A stretch of 64,000 nucleotides of DNA, taken from the sequence record DRR723986_5581. The stretch is one strand, 5' to 3'. The translations under genes and the position numbers were made by a program. This document shows, piece by piece, positions 1-10,181 of the stretch (positions are counted from its first letter, which is position 1; each line of letters starts with the position of its first letter). A model generated the notes under the pieces. The model was not told the DNA's origin. It saw only the letters and a list, made by a program, of their open reading frames with translations, and did no database searches.

Positions 1-1227
1 CCCGATCATGTCGGCCATTTCCTTGCGGCGTATGTTGGCCTCTGTCGCGGTGCGGCCGTTCCCTTCAAGCAACGTCTGCCAGAGGTCGCCATAGAGCCCA
101 ACCCGCAACTTTTCGCGGATGTTCTCAATTTGCGTGTCCGCTGCACCCGGGTTCACCGTGTCAATCATCGACCGGAACAGCGGGCGGCCCTGTTCATCGA
201 TCAGCCCGGGATTAATCCGGCCCGGGTTTAGGTCTAGCTGACGCTCTTGCGCATGTGTGGCAATCGGCGGCCGCACAGCCTGACCACTGGCAATCAGTGC
301 GTCACGGGCAAGGCTCTGAAGACTTTTGATGTCTCCCATAAGCTTTGCCTGCGGAGGCGAGCCGTAAGGCGAAAGCCCGTCCCTCTCCCATCGGCTTATG
401 ACCAAGGGATATTCGAAGAAGCCGGACCGGCGGCAGATATGTTTTGTCTCTTCCTCGAAATGGATGCTCTCATACCTTGAGCGCTGAACGTCGGCCGCGT
501 CCTTGTAACCGCCGTCACGCTCAAAGCAGGCATGCACAAAGACGTGCTCATTTGCCTTGCGCTTTGGGTCTTCCGCATCGGCCTGCACCTTATCGGAAAC
601 CTTGCCGCTGTAGAGCTTCATTGCCTGCCAGGCTTTGAGCTTGCGAACCCTGAAGAACCCGCAATCATTGCCCTGCGCGTCGACAATGAGAAACATTTCA
701 TAGAGCGGCACATACCGATAGTGGATCGGTGTCCGCAAGTCGGCCAAGCTGTCTTCATTCTCGACGGGATAGAGGACGCCAGTCCCGAGCTTTATGGTCG
801 ACAGAAGGCGCGAGCGATTGCCCAGAGCGAAACCGGACCGGCCGGAATAGCGGACCCGAAACAGGTGGTCGCGGATCTTTTCGAAAAACTCTTCTTCTGC
901 CTGCGACGGCTCCGGGGCGAACGGATCGCCATAGCCAACACCGTGCCAATGGAAGCCCTCGGGCATCGTCAGCGACCCGACACCCGAAGCCAGTCGGTCA
1001 AGCAGCCAAACGGCCGTCGGATCGTAAAGCTTGCGGGACCGTTCCCGGGCGGCAGACTGGCGAAGCGCCGACATGCCATCCCGCGCAGTCACGCCGCTGG
1101 CAGTGTTGAACGCCCGTTCCATGTCCGGTGCCGTGTACGTGACATACTCTTGCCAGTCGTTTTCGTAGAACAGCCGTTCAGACCGCGCCGCTTGCAGCTC
1201 GGTTTTCAGATCGTCAACAATGCCCAT
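1..1227 (-). CDS. Portal / head-tail connector protein (podovirus type), C-terminus outside the window
   Basis: Manual translation from ATG at 1227: MGIVDDLKTELQAARSERLFYENDWQEY...KLYDPTAVWLLDRLASGVGSLTMPEGFHW, resembling T7/BPP-1-like connectors. Lies downstream of terL; absent from the ORF track, presumably because it has no stop in the window. Confidence 0.8.
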   Translation of the reverse strand, partial: MGIVDDLKTELQAARSERLFYENDWQEYVTYTAPDMERAFNTASGVTARDGMSALRQSAARERSRKLYDPTAVWLLDRLASGVGSLTMPEGFHWHGVGYGDPFAPEPSQAEEEFFEKIRDHLFRVRYSGRSGFALGNRSRLLSTIKLGTGVLYPVENEDSLADLRTPIHYRYVPLYEMFLIVDAQGNDCGFFRVRKLKAWQAMKLYSGKVSDKVQADAEDPKRKANEHVFVHACFERDGGYKDAADVQRSRYESIHFEEETKHICRRSGFFEYPLVISRWERDGLSPYGSPPQAKLMGDIKSLQSLARDALIASGQAVRPPIATHAQERQLDLNPGRINPGLIDEQGRPLFRSMIDTVNPGAADTQIENIREKLRVGLYGDLWQTLLEGNGRTATEANIRRKEMADMIG

Positions 1228-1232
1228 GGGGT

Positions 1233-1460
1233 TTAAGCTCGCCCGAGTAGTGTGACGCCCTGTTTCGATGCACTGCCGTAGTCAGTGACGCCGAGAGGGC
1301 TGGTCAATGTGGTTGCCTTGGTGCTGTAGGCAGCGGCACGACGGCGCCGGCTATTTTCCTGCAGGTTCTTTGTCTGCCGCTGCGGATCAGGCTCACGCGG
1401 CGGCGGTGGCGTCGGTTCCGGTTCGGGCTGCTTCTTGCCGCCACCTCCAAACATACACAT
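1233..1460 (-). CDS. Small Pro-rich virion-associated protein preceding the portal
   Basis: 75 aa MCMFGGGGKKQPEPEPTPPPP..., GAGGTG RBS; typical position in podoviruses. Confidence 0.65.
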   Translation of the reverse strand: MCMFGGGGKKQPEPEPTPPPPREPDPQRQTKNLQENSRRRRAAAYSTKATTLTSPLGVTDYGSASKQGVTLLGRA

Positions 1461-1472
1461 GCTGTCACCTCG

Positions 1473-2054
1473 CTATCGGTAGTTTTCCGAGTGTCGAGCC
1501 TTAGTCGACACCCATGCATAGACGTTGAAATCTTCCCCGTTGCGGCCGTAGGACCGCAGCAGGCCTTCACGCTTTGCGCCGAGGGCTTCAATCCACCCGT
1601 GCGCAATGTCGTGTTCTGTGTGCGTAATCACCTGCAACCGGCGGCAATCGCGCTCAATGATCGGCCGTATGCTGGTCAGGTGCCGCGTGATCATCGGGAC
1701 GCAGCGGCGAAACCGATGTGTTCCGAAGGCCCAGGCTTGCCAGTGTTCCGGATCGAAGGCCGCCGCGTGGCTGAAACCGTAGGCCGCAGCCGGTTGCCCG
1801 TCGTACCAGACAGACCAGGCCATACCGTCGACGGCCGCCCGCATGGCTGCAATCCCTAAGACGCGGCTGTCAAACCGCTCCCAGAGACAGCCAATCTCTG
1901 CAAAATCCTGCGGCCGCATGTTTGCAGCAATGTAAGAGGCATCACGAACGCAAAGGCCCTTGATCAGAAGTCGCCCAACGGATCGGCCAAGGGGACGCTC
2001 TGCAGTGTGCTTTGCGCCGCCCTCACCTTCTTCAGTGCTGCTTTGTCTTTCCAT
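1473..2054 (-). CDS. Phage GNAT-fold protein (T7 gp13-like); true start probably near 1920-1967
   Basis: IAANMRPQDFAEI...AHGWIEALGAKREGLLRSYG; lies between terL and the portal. Confidence 0.6.
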   Translation of the reverse strand: MERQSSTEEGEGGAKHTAERPLGRSVGRLLIKGLCVRDASYIAANMRPQDFAEIGCLWERFDSRVLGIAAMRAAVDGMAWSVWYDGQPAAAYGFSHAAAFDPEHWQAWAFGTHRFRRCVPMITRHLTSIRPIIERDCRRLQVITHTEHDIAHGWIEALGAKREGLLRSYGRNGEDFNVYAWVSTKARHSENYR

Positions 2055-3544
2055 TCAAGCGCAATCACGACTGCGTCGGCCTCATCCGGAGACGAGCCCG
2101 TGCGGTCTTTGATTTCCTCTTTGCTTTCGATCAGGATGCGGCCGCCTCGCATTTTCCAACGGTGCGCGGTTAGCTGCGCCTTCACCGTGGCCGAGCGCCG
2201 GATTGCCAGGCCAAGCCCGCTTTTTGGGTGCAGGGCCTCGCGTAGACGCCAGTACATTTGCGCCCGCAGGTTATAAAACGGGATGCGGCTATCTTTGGCG
2301 CTCTCACCGGAGGCGGCCGAGAAGACGCACTTTTCTGCCGGGATTTTGTTTTCCCGGGAGAGAAAGCCCACCGTGTCGCCACCCCAGCCGCCCGTGCAAT
2401 CAACAACGATCAACGCCCCGTCGCGCCGTTCCTTAATGATCAGTGAACCAACGTCCGCGCCGTCCTTTGTGTCGACGCCTTTGCGGATAATCGCGGTTTC
2501 AAACCGGCGGCCGTGGAGCGGTTGCAAGACCGTCTTGTCTTTGCCCCCCTGCGCCACGTCCGCCGCCAACACGTCCATAGGGGCGCCAGCGTCAACGCCA
2601 TCATCGTAGCGCTGAAACGCAAGCTCTACCCACTCGGACGGGATCACCTGCCATTCATGATCCTGCCGGGCCGCCATGAAGTCGCCAGTCTTGAGCGCCG
2701 TGCGCATCGGTTCCGGCATCTGGTCAAGCTGCGCGTCATAGTCGGCACCTAGATACCGATTGTCTTTCCGCAGAGCCGGGATGAAAGTCCGGCTTTTCGG
2801 GGTTCGGACTTCGCCTTCAATCTCGACAGGCTCCGGACCATCTACCCACACCGTGCGGATGGCGTCCCCGTCGTCAATGAAAGCGGCCCAAAGCAGTTCC
2901 CCGGGCTTCACGGTACCGAACAGCGGGTGCAGCGGATCCAGCCAGGGGGCGAACCATTCCACGAGGAAGTCACCCTGACCACCAAGAGGCGGGTTTGTGG
3001 CGATCAATCCCCGGCAACGTTGTCCCGGCCGCGTCGACCGGAGCCAGCCAAGCACAAAGATGATTTTGCGCGGGTCCATCTGCGCGCCCTCATCAAAGGC
3101 TTTAAGGTCATGGTCGCGGCCCTGCCAGTCCTCTTCCGCACCTGGCAAACCCAAATGCCCGAACTCAATTGCCCGTTCATCCGGACCGACCCACCGGGGC
3201 GGGGTGCCCGCGATCTTTCCCATTCCAGCCTTACGCATAATCGCGTTCATGCGTTCGGTCAGGCCCTTCAGGGACTTCAACGACTGGCGGAAGATAGCAA
3301 CCTTGTGGTGTGCGAACAGCGACAGACCGGCAATCAGATCCGTTTTGCCACCACCGGCCGCGCCACCATAAAGCGTCAAATCCGCGGTGCTGAAATACCC
3401 CTCAGTTTGCGGCCCTTTCTGGGGGCGCCAGACCTCGAATTGATCCAGCACCCCCGCCTCATCTAATTGCCGCTGAAGCTCAGAGCGAGCCGCCGAAGGC
3501 ATCCCGTTGATTTTCTCAATCAGCGCTTCCAGTGCCGTCGCCAT
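1964..3544 (-). CDS. terL: Terminase large subunit
   Basis: Walker A YGGAAGGGKT, Walker B AFDEG, ATNPP coupling motif, nuclease motifs ADVAQGGKD and SPDEADA; start uncertain. Confidence 0.92.
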   Translation of the reverse strand: MATALEALIEKINGMPSAARSELQRQLDEAGVLDQFEVWRPQKGPQTEGYFSTADLTLYGGAAGGGKTDLIAGLSLFAHHKVAIFRQSLKSLKGLTERMNAIMRKAGMGKIAGTPPRWVGPDERAIEFGHLGLPGAEEDWQGRDHDLKAFDEGAQMDPRKIIFVLGWLRSTRPGQRCRGLIATNPPLGGQGDFLVEWFAPWLDPLHPLFGTVKPGELLWAAFIDDGDAIRTVWVDGPEPVEIEGEVRTPKSRTFIPALRKDNRYLGADYDAQLDQMPEPMRTALKTGDFMAARQDHEWQVIPSEWVELAFQRYDDGVDAGAPMDVLAADVAQGGKDKTVLQPLHGRRFETAIIRKGVDTKDGADVGSLIIKERRDGALIVVDCTGGWGGDTVGFLSRENKIPAEKCVFSAASGESAKDSRIPFYNLRAQMYWRLREALHPKSGLGLAIRRSATVKAQLTAHRWKMRGGRILIESKEEIKDRTGSSPDEADAVVIALEWKDKAALKKVRAAQSTLQSVPLADPLGDF

Positions 3545-3998
3545 TGTCGCTTGCATCCCCACTTGTAAGCAGCGCCATAACCCCGAGCGCAATTTCTTCC
3601 GCGCTACGCGGTTTCATTTGTTCCAGCTTCTTGGCATCATCCGGACCGCCGAGAATGCCCCAAGCCTCGACCTCAGTGCGGTCTTTCCACCCTGCCCGGT
3701 TCTTCATGTTGAAAATCCAGGCGGTGGCGTTGAAGCCCGACAATTCACCGTTTGCGCCACGCTTCCCCATGCGCTCCCAGACAAGCAATCCCTTCCTTGC
3801 GGCTTCATCCAGCTTTTCGGGCGGGAAATCTTCCGGAAATTCCTGCGCATATCGACGGATTGTCTTCCGGTCAGCGAGCGGGAAACTGTCAATCGAGAAG
3901 CCTTCCGCCAGGTGTTTGCAGAAGGAACGGAACAGCTTTTTGCGTTCGCTCGACGTTGGCCACTTCATAGCGTAGGTGTTGCCTTTCTTTGCGGCCAT
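3516..3998 (-). CDS. terS: Terminase small subunit
   Basis: AKKGNTYAMK N-terminus and AWIFNMKNRAGWKD motif; directly upstream of terL. Confidence 0.8.
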   Translation of the reverse strand: MAAKKGNTYAMKWPTSSERKKLFRSFCKHLAEGFSIDSFPLADRKTIRRYAQEFPEDFPPEKLDEAARKGLLVWERMGKRGANGELSGFNATAWIFNMKNRAGWKDRTEVEAWGILGGPDDAKKLEQMKPRSAEEIALGVMALLTSGDASDNGDGTGSAD

Positions 3999-4011
3999 GT
4001 CTCACCTCATG

Positions 4012-4043
4012 AAAAAGCCCGCCACTCCGGAGAATGGCGGGTT
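4012..4043 (-). terminator. Intrinsic terminator between the DUF4145 gene and terS
   Basis: Minus strand reads AACCCGCCA-loop-TGGCGGGC-TTTTT. Confidence 0.65.
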
Positions 4044-4077
4044 GAAGGGTTTTGCTAATCTGCTTAGGTGAGCGCTT

Positions 4078-4872
4078 CTAGGTTCTACCGTCGCGCCTTT
4101 CGATTGCTTTGCGCGCACTCTCTGGCAGCGCCTGATAAATCTCATCGACATGTTTTGGCTCAGAGATCATTTTGTCTACGATAAGGTTTAGAAGGCGAAA
4201 GAGAGTTTCTGCGGTTGCACGGTCATCTTTGAGGTCAATCTGACCAGGATGAACTGCTTGGTTTCCAACAACACGCACGACATCCAGTGCCTTTTGAATT
4301 CTCGGATCAAGCCCGCCTGCAACTAAGGCTTTAATATCATCATTGATATTTTTCCCCGGCTGACCGAGGTGTTTGCATAATTTCTGAATGCTGAGACGGA
4401 TCAACGCAGCCGCCCCTCTGGTTGAAATATTGAGGATGGCACTCGCCTCATTGTAGTCCTGCAGGATATCCTCGGGCATGTCATCGTTCGGTGGTGGAGC
4501 TTCGCCATTCCGGGGATAAAGCAACCGGTCCTGAAGCCAAATCGCAATATCTTTGCAATTGAAACAAGATGAAATGAATAAGTTGGCCACACTCTCAAAA
4601 CTGTAACTTCCATTCTCGCCACGCTCAAAAAACGGGCGTCCTTTCTTCATTTCTCTTGCCCAAGCAGCAAGCTCTTCTCTTAGCAATTCGTTCTCTACAT
4701 GCTTGTAGTCCCAATCCCTACCGTCTCCCTCAGTTATCACTGTAGGGAGTGGGTGCTCTTCGGACATCCAATCTGCCCGAACGGTATGCCAATATTGCTT
4801 TGCCAACACACCGCAATGCGGACAGTTGAACGCGGTTTCCCTGACTGAAGGAGGGACATACTTCATCTTCAA
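4078..4872 (-). CDS. DUF4145 (HEPN-like) protein with Zn-ribbon
   Basis: CPHC...CFNC, DYNEASAIL, RVVGNQAVH motif. Confidence 0.8.
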   Translation of the reverse strand: MKMKYVPPSVRETAFNCPHCGVLAKQYWHTVRADWMSEEHPLPTVITEGDGRDWDYKHVENELLREELAAWAREMKKGRPFFERGENGSYSFESVANLFISSCFNCKDIAIWLQDRLLYPRNGEAPPPNDDMPEDILQDYNEASAILNISTRGAAALIRLSIQKLCKHLGQPGKNINDDIKALVAGGLDPRIQKALDVVRVVGNQAVHPGQIDLKDDRATAETLFRLLNLIVDKMISEPKHVDEIYQALPESARKAIERRDGRT

Positions 4873-5130
4873 ATCCCAAAATTAAAAACTATTCGCTTGG
4901 ATAGCATGAACCTATCATAGCGCTTGTCAGTCGCCGACATTTGGTAACGGTTGTTTCTCATCTCCTGCAGTGTGGTGATCGAGATCTGTTTCATCGCATA
5001 AACGCAACATCTTACAGCCTAGCGACCTATTAAAGCGGCATTGTTTGGCCTATTACAGACCATGCCATGCAGCACGGCTGCAAGCCCCCACCAAGCACCA
5101 CCTTACCATTGAGATTTTGTTGGAGTAGCA

Positions 5131-5619
5131 ATGGCCGATTCAAAGGCGAAATCGCTGAACTTTCTTAAAGTCACAGGCGAAAATCTAGGTGACGTAATAG
5201 ACCTCGCAGTGGCTCCAGACGAAACACATCTCATCGCGACAAACGCCGAGTGGCTCGCGGAGGCAGCGCATATCGCTGATTCAGTTAGCTTCGGCATATT
5301 CGACGGAACAAAGCCCGTCGGCTTGATTTCTCTAATTGACCCTCGACTGATCGATGAAGATGATGACAAGTCCCACTACCAGCCGGATTGCCTTTTCGTT
5401 TGGCGGGTAATGATAGACAAGGACAATCGAGGATTTGGCCACGGTCGAACAGCGATAAAGTTTGCCTGCGATTATGGACGCCTAATCGGTTTGTCGGGCG
5501 TGTCCCTAACCACTATGGATCGTGAAAAAGGAAACGCCCTCCCGTTCTATACCGGAATTGGTTTCACCCCCACGGGCCGGAGACTTGATGACGAAATCGA
5601 ATTAGTCCTCAAGTGGTGA
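5131..5619 (+). CDS. GNAT acetyltransferase (moron)
   Basis: VMIDKDNRGFGHG acetyl-CoA motif; NALPFYTGIGF. Confidence 0.85.
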   Translation: MADSKAKSLNFLKVTGENLGDVIDLAVAPDETHLIATNAEWLAEAAHIADSVSFGIFDGTKPVGLISLIDPRLIDEDDDKSHYQPDCLFVWRVMIDKDNRGFGHGRTAIKFACDYGRLIGLSGVSLTTMDREKGNALPFYTGIGFTPTGRRLDDEIELVLKW

Positions 5620-5880
5620 TCATAGAGGGACACATTGCTGACCTTGACCACGTCTAAGCCTATACGTTTCCAGGCCTGCAACCCTGCGCCTTGCGCTATC
5701 GCGGGCGTAGTCCTGCGCCTCTTTCAGCTCGGTTTCGCTGTTGCCACCGCCGATCCAGTACCCCACGGCCTCATGACCACAGTGCAGGACAAGAATGCAC
5801 AATGTGGTTTTTGAGCCAGGCGGCCGGTGGAAGTGTTCGGACTTGATCAGCCCATCTATCTGCGGATCGTCAGCACGCAT
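5620..5880 (-). CDS. Phage Gp49 (N4 gp49/Sf6 gp66)-like protein
   Basis: IKSEHFHRPPGSKTTLCILVLHCGHEAVG pattern. Confidence 0.5.
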   Translation of the reverse strand: MRADDPQIDGLIKSEHFHRPPGSKTTLCILVLHCGHEAVGYWIGGGNSETELKEAQDYARDSARRRVAGLETYRLRRGQGQQCVPL

Positions 5881-6102
5881 TGTCTCAGCTCCTAGACACA
5901 AAAAAGGACCGCTTTGCGCGATCCTCTCAAATCAGCTATCTAGCCGGGCGTTGGTCCCCACCAACGTGACGCATGGTCCATGTCAAACGACCCGGCGCAT
6001 GTCTCAGAAAGATGCCTTGAAGTAGCAACCCAGCATCGGGCGCAGTTCTTCAAGGTATCTCTATGGGGCTGCTTTTAGGCGCATTCTGTGAAACCTGTCC
6101 AG

Positions 6103-6501
6103 CTAGGCCGCTTGCCTAGAATTGCTTCCTAGGATCAGCTTTTCAGATAGCTTTTTCAGAACAACGCGGTTGCGTTTGAGCACAGTTGAGCGCTCCCACC
6201 CATATTTTTTGCAAACCTGGGTGAATTTGCCCCCTCCAGCCTTGCACATGACCTCGTATTGCAGCGCCCGGCGTGCGTCTGGATCATCGATCAGCGCGAA
6301 CCACGTCAACGCCTCTTCTGCCCTAGCTATCTCGTAAGGGCTGCAGATCCGCGACCGACGGACTTTGCGGATCATATTCGGGTCAGGCCATGCTGCCCAA
6401 TTCGTGCGTGGTCCGTCGCCCTTTCCAATGATCGCGATGACTTCTACGGCCTCGACCAGCCGCGTTAGTATCGTTTCTGATGTCATGCGTGGTCTCTCCA
6501 T
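6103..6501 (-). CDS. DUF6362-like phage protein, possible late regulator
   Basis: RLVEAVEV..WAAWPD..EIARAEEALTWF with C-terminal HTH-like segment; Q-like position. Confidence 0.55.
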   Translation of the reverse strand: MERPRMTSETILTRLVEAVEVIAIIGKGDGPRTNWAAWPDPNMIRKVRRSRICSPYEIARAEEALTWFALIDDPDARRALQYEVMCKAGGGKFTQVCKKYGWERSTVLKRNRVVLKKLSEKLILGSNSRQAA

Positions 6502-6595
6502 TTTCACAATGACCTCATCGAAACAAAGCCAGATTATTGTTGGCTTGTACAAGCTCGGCTGTTGAAAACGAGGAGACAAACGGGCTCATGGCCCA

Positions 6596-6976
6596 CTAAT
6601 CGCGCGACCCGCCGAAACCAGATTTGCAGTAATGACCTAGTGACCACCCTGCATGCCCCTGGAAGATTATAATTACCGGAGAAGCTACGAGCGAGAACAA
6701 GAGAATGTAAGCAAGAATAAAACCTGCTCCAAAATTCCCATTTGAACTATCCGCCCAATTCAACGAAAGAACTATATACAAATAAAATAATGACGTAGGA
6801 ATTGTGACTATTGCTATAAAATTATTTGCAACATGAACCTCATCAACACCATCAAAAAAAGCAGCTATAAAAGAAACACAGAACACTCCCAAACAAATAT
6901 AAGGAAAATATAATAAAAAGGTCTCCATATATCTTTCTCTCTTCACTATTTTCAGTGGTGCCGACGCTATACACAA
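6596..6976 (-). CDS. AT-rich small membrane protein (moron)
   Basis: Three hydrophobic segments; visibly low GC; start uncertain. Confidence 0.55.
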   Translation of the reverse strand: MCIASAPLKIVKRERYMETFLLYFPYICLGVFCVSFIAAFFDGVDEVHVANNFIAIVTIPTSLFYLYIVLSLNWADSSNGNFGAGFILAYILLFSLVASPVIIIFQGHAGWSLGHYCKSGFGGSRD

Positions 6977-7039
6977 GCATGTCAGGACTTCAACAACTCC
7001 GTTCCGATATCCGTTTCATTGGTCATCGCTTCTATTCTT

Positions 7040-7858
7040 TCACGGATGCTTTTGACCAGTTTTGCGATCAGAAAAAAACCTCTCGAATTTTCGACGGAAC
7101 GGGCGTGTGAAGTACAACAAGCGCTTCTGCAGTTGCTTTAACGGAGGAACGTAAGGCGGCTCATTCAAAGATCTGGGGTAAGGCCAAGGCGGTATTCTAC
7201 TGGTGTAGGCCACGCCGGTTGCCAGGCCTAAGGCGGTCAAAATTGGATCAGAAATCCGGTGATCGATATGAACATTTCCGTCTGACATGTCCGACTTGAT
7301 AGACCCATCTGCGTTTGAGAACGCATCCCGATAATCAATGAATGGGCCCCCCATTTTCGACAACCTTTGATTAATGCGGTCGCGGATCGCCTTGGCGTCT
7401 TGCCTGCATTCCTCCGGGCTGTCGTAGGCCGAACAGTCGAGGAACTCCGGATTAAACGGACCAATAGACATCAAGCATATGTTGGCCCTGCAAGTTGCCT
7501 TGAACTCGGTCAACGCCGCTTCGAAACGAGCGCAAAGGTTGTCCACCTCTTCAATCGTGTTCGTTTTCTTTAAGACGGCCTGTTTCTTGACGTGTGCCCG
7601 GCAATCAATCTCACCAAACGATAGAACGAAAAAGTCACCTTTTTTCGGCCGGCAGTTTTTCGGAATTAGAACGCGGATACCGTCCCGCGCTGCTCGATGC
7701 ATGGTGACGGGGCCAAGCCAGAATATTTTGGCCTCAGCAACACCCGCGAAATTATAAAGAGCATGGCTATCACCCAAGGCGATCAGCCTCGGCCTGATAT
7801 TCTGTTTGTTCCAGCGCAAACTGGTGACCCTTCGACTAGAAAGCTGAATCAAGTTCAA
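7040..7858 (-). CDS. SGNH/GDSL-like hydrolase (moron)
   Basis: ALGDSH block I, SFGEIDCR block III, SDGNVH block V. Confidence 0.7.
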   Translation of the reverse strand: MNLIQLSSRRVTSLRWNKQNIRPRLIALGDSHALYNFAGVAEAKIFWLGPVTMHRAARDGIRVLIPKNCRPKKGDFFVLSFGEIDCRAHVKKQAVLKKTNTIEEVDNLCARFEAALTEFKATCRANICLMSIGPFNPEFLDCSAYDSPEECRQDAKAIRDRINQRLSKMGGPFIDYRDAFSNADGSIKSDMSDGNVHIDHRISDPILTALGLATGVAYTSRIPPWPYPRSLNEPPYVPPLKQLQKRLLYFTRPFRRKFERFFSDRKTGQKHP

Positions 7859-7955
7859 GACGTTGAACTGCGTATCTACTCGCAGTCATTGAAAATCACA
7901 ATTATGGGTACGTGCAAACGCAAACCCAGCCCGCTCAAGTCTGCGGTACCATTGT

Positions 7956-8393
7956 TTATTTTACGCACGCCGCGTTGCCAACATAGTGGCGCCCGGAGTA
8001 CTTACGCCAGGCGCAAGCATGTCCGGACTTCACCAATTCCATTCCAATGTCCCTTCCGCCGACAAAGCACTGTGCCACGAAGCGCGCACCAGATTTCTTG
8101 CGCGATCGCCCATCACAAGGCGTCCCCTCGCCCACAGTCCGACATTGCACGGCATTCCCCGCAACCAATCGCTTTGTGAATAGAGTTGCTTCCCGGTATC
8201 CAGGCTGGCCACGTTCCGGCGTATCCACTCCACACAGGCGGATTTTGATCAACGGCCGGCTAAGCTGAAACGTGTCGCCATCAATCACCCGGGCAACAGA
8301 ACTATTCCATTCCTCTGCTTTTGATTGGGGCATTGCTAAAGCAAAGGAGCAGAATGCCATTAGGAGTACTGTCCTCAAAGCTCTCAATCTCAT
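7956..8393 (-). CDS. Thermonuclease (SNase) family secreted nuclease
   Basis: Signal peptide, RVIDGDTF, IRLCGVDTPE, LVKSGHA. Confidence 0.88.
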   Translation of the reverse strand: MRLRALRTVLLMAFCSFALAMPQSKAEEWNSSVARVIDGDTFQLSRPLIKIRLCGVDTPERGQPGYREATLFTKRLVAGNAVQCRTVGEGTPCDGRSRKKSGARFVAQCFVGGRDIGMELVKSGHACAWRKYSGRHYVGNAACVK

Positions 8394-8505
8394 GGTTGCA
8401 GCTATACCAATTTGGTGTATTTTTTTGCTCTACAGCGAATAGAAAGCAAAGTGCCCTAAAACCCTATTCCTACCTTTAACCTAATTCATTATTTAGTATA
8501 ACCAA

Positions 8506-9483
8506 ATGGGGATAAAAGTGAGATATAAATTCCTTGAAGAAAATGGAGATATTTTAAGAAAAATTGCAATTACTTTTATTGCCTCCATTTGGGTATCGTA
8601 TTTTCTTGCAACTATATACTTCGTATTATCTGATAAATATTCGACCTTCTTTTCCGAAATATACTACAAAATACTATTTTTGTCTTTCTTTTTTATATTT
8701 TTCATTGCGACATTAACGTATACAAGACGCACAAATAGATTGTCTCAATCGGATCTCTCTCCTTCGGATATCATTAGTGAACAGGTGATTTCGCTAAATC
8801 GTCAGAAGCTAATGGTGTCCATAATAGGCGGGTTACTTGGCACATATGCAATTTATGTCGCCACCATAGGAATAGAAACGGCGAAAAATACAGCCATCAC
8901 TCTTGAGATAGAAAGAATTAGTAACGAAATTAAAGCGCTAAATAATGAAAGCGATGATCTAATTGAGAGAATTAACATTTCCGCCGCCAACTCAACTACA
9001 GACGCCCTAAAATCAAGACTTGATGGAGTAACAGGAAGAATATCTAGTCTTCAAAATACTAGCTCGAAACTCTCAGAGCAAAATGCCAGTGGAGATGTTC
9101 CTAGAACTTTTCTATTTGATTATTTCTCGAGTATTTTTGTTCGTATTGGAACGATTGCTATCGTGCTATCTCTATTTGGCTTCTGCTACGGACAATTTCG
9201 CCGATATGACACGAGACTAAACGAGCTCAAATCAATGCTTCTCGCCCTTAAGCTGCTGGACAAAAAAGTTGAACTTGAGAATATAAAAACCGCTCGAGAG
9301 TATTTGTCTATTGTTGATGAACCGAGTAAAATCACAGCAACATCAGTTGAAAATGTCATTTCAAACAGCGTCTCAAGGCAGCACGAGAAATTTCTCGAGT
9401 TCATTCCTGAAATTGTCAAAAGCGCATTACAGATCAATCAGAAAGAGATCGAGACTAAGCCGATCAATAAAAAAGTAGTTTGA
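8506..9483 (+). CDS. AT-rich membrane protein with coiled coil (moron)
   Basis: About four TM segments plus a heptad region; opposite strand to flanking phage genes. Confidence 0.7.
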   Translation: MGIKVRYKFLEENGDILRKIAITFIASIWVSYFLATIYFVLSDKYSTFFSEIYYKILFLSFFFIFFIATLTYTRRTNRLSQSDLSPSDIISEQVISLNRQKLMVSIIGGLLGTYAIYVATIGIETAKNTAITLEIERISNEIKALNNESDDLIERINISAANSTTDALKSRLDGVTGRISSLQNTSSKLSEQNASGDVPRTFLFDYFSSIFVRIGTIAIVLSLFGFCYGQFRRYDTRLNELKSMLLALKLLDKKVELENIKTAREYLSIVDEPSKITATSVENVISNSVSRQHEKFLEFIPEIVKSALQINQKEIETKPINKKVV

Positions 9484-9903
9484 TCATGCCACAGCTTTTT
9501 TTTCTTGTTTCTCAGTGCGACGGCCAATCTCATAAGAAAGGAGAACAGACATAGTCACGGTCAGCTGCTGCGGATTTACCCTCTTTGCACTCGCCAAGAG
9601 TTGGTCCAGGTCGAGGCTATCGAAGAGTTCGAGGAAATCCCGCCTCTGAACCGTCTCAGGCTTATTGAGCAATAGCCATGAAACGGCCGTGAAACACGGG
9701 GCAGACCAGTTGCCCCGGTTCTTTGTCGTGTTGATCAGCCCGAAGACAAGGCGCAGATGCTCCGCGCCGTGGTTCTTCAAAAGCTTTTGGCATGTCCGCC
9801 GGGCGCGCGATTGGTGCCGCCCCGTCGGCCGAGTGGTGTGGTCGACAAAGTGGACGCCAAATTCCGCGGCTATACGGTCAACGTGTCCGCCTGATGCCAT
9901 CAA
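9484..9903 (-). CDS. Phage hypothetical protein
   Basis: 139 aa, coupled within the early operon. Confidence 0.65.
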   Translation of the reverse strand: MMASGGHVDRIAAEFGVHFVDHTTRPTGRHQSRARRTCQKLLKNHGAEHLRLVFGLINTTKNRGNWSAPCFTAVSWLLLNKPETVQRRDFLELFDSLDLDQLLASAKRVNPQQLTVTMSVLLSYEIGRRTEKQEKKAVA

Positions 9904-10181
9904 GCCCCCGCTTTCCGCAAAGCTGCAAAGGCCGCTTCAGCACGTTCTTTCGCGTTCATTGGCTTGGGTTGATGCACGGGAGGCGCTTTCTGGCCGTTGA
10001 GCATCTTCCTTTGCTGCGTTGTCACCTGCTTGAGTGCCCGCACTTCAAGTGCAAGGAGCCGGTTACGAGCCTTTTCAAGCGCAAACTCATCTTCGATCCC
10101 GGCGCCTGGCTTCTCAGCACGACGACGACAGATTGAGACTTGGCGCCGTGCTTCTTCTATTTGTTCTTTCAAATGGTTCAC
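9900..10181 (-). CDS. Phage hypothetical protein
   Basis: GTGA overlap with the helicase stop. Confidence 0.55.
   Translation of the reverse strand: MNHLKEQIEEARRQVSICRRRAEKPGAGIEDEFALEKARNRLLALEVRALKQVTTQQRKMLNGQKAPPVHQPKPMNAKERAEAAFAALRKAGA

Noticed and set aside
532-1236. 234-aa plus-strand ORF
   Set aside because: Antisense shadow of the portal gene
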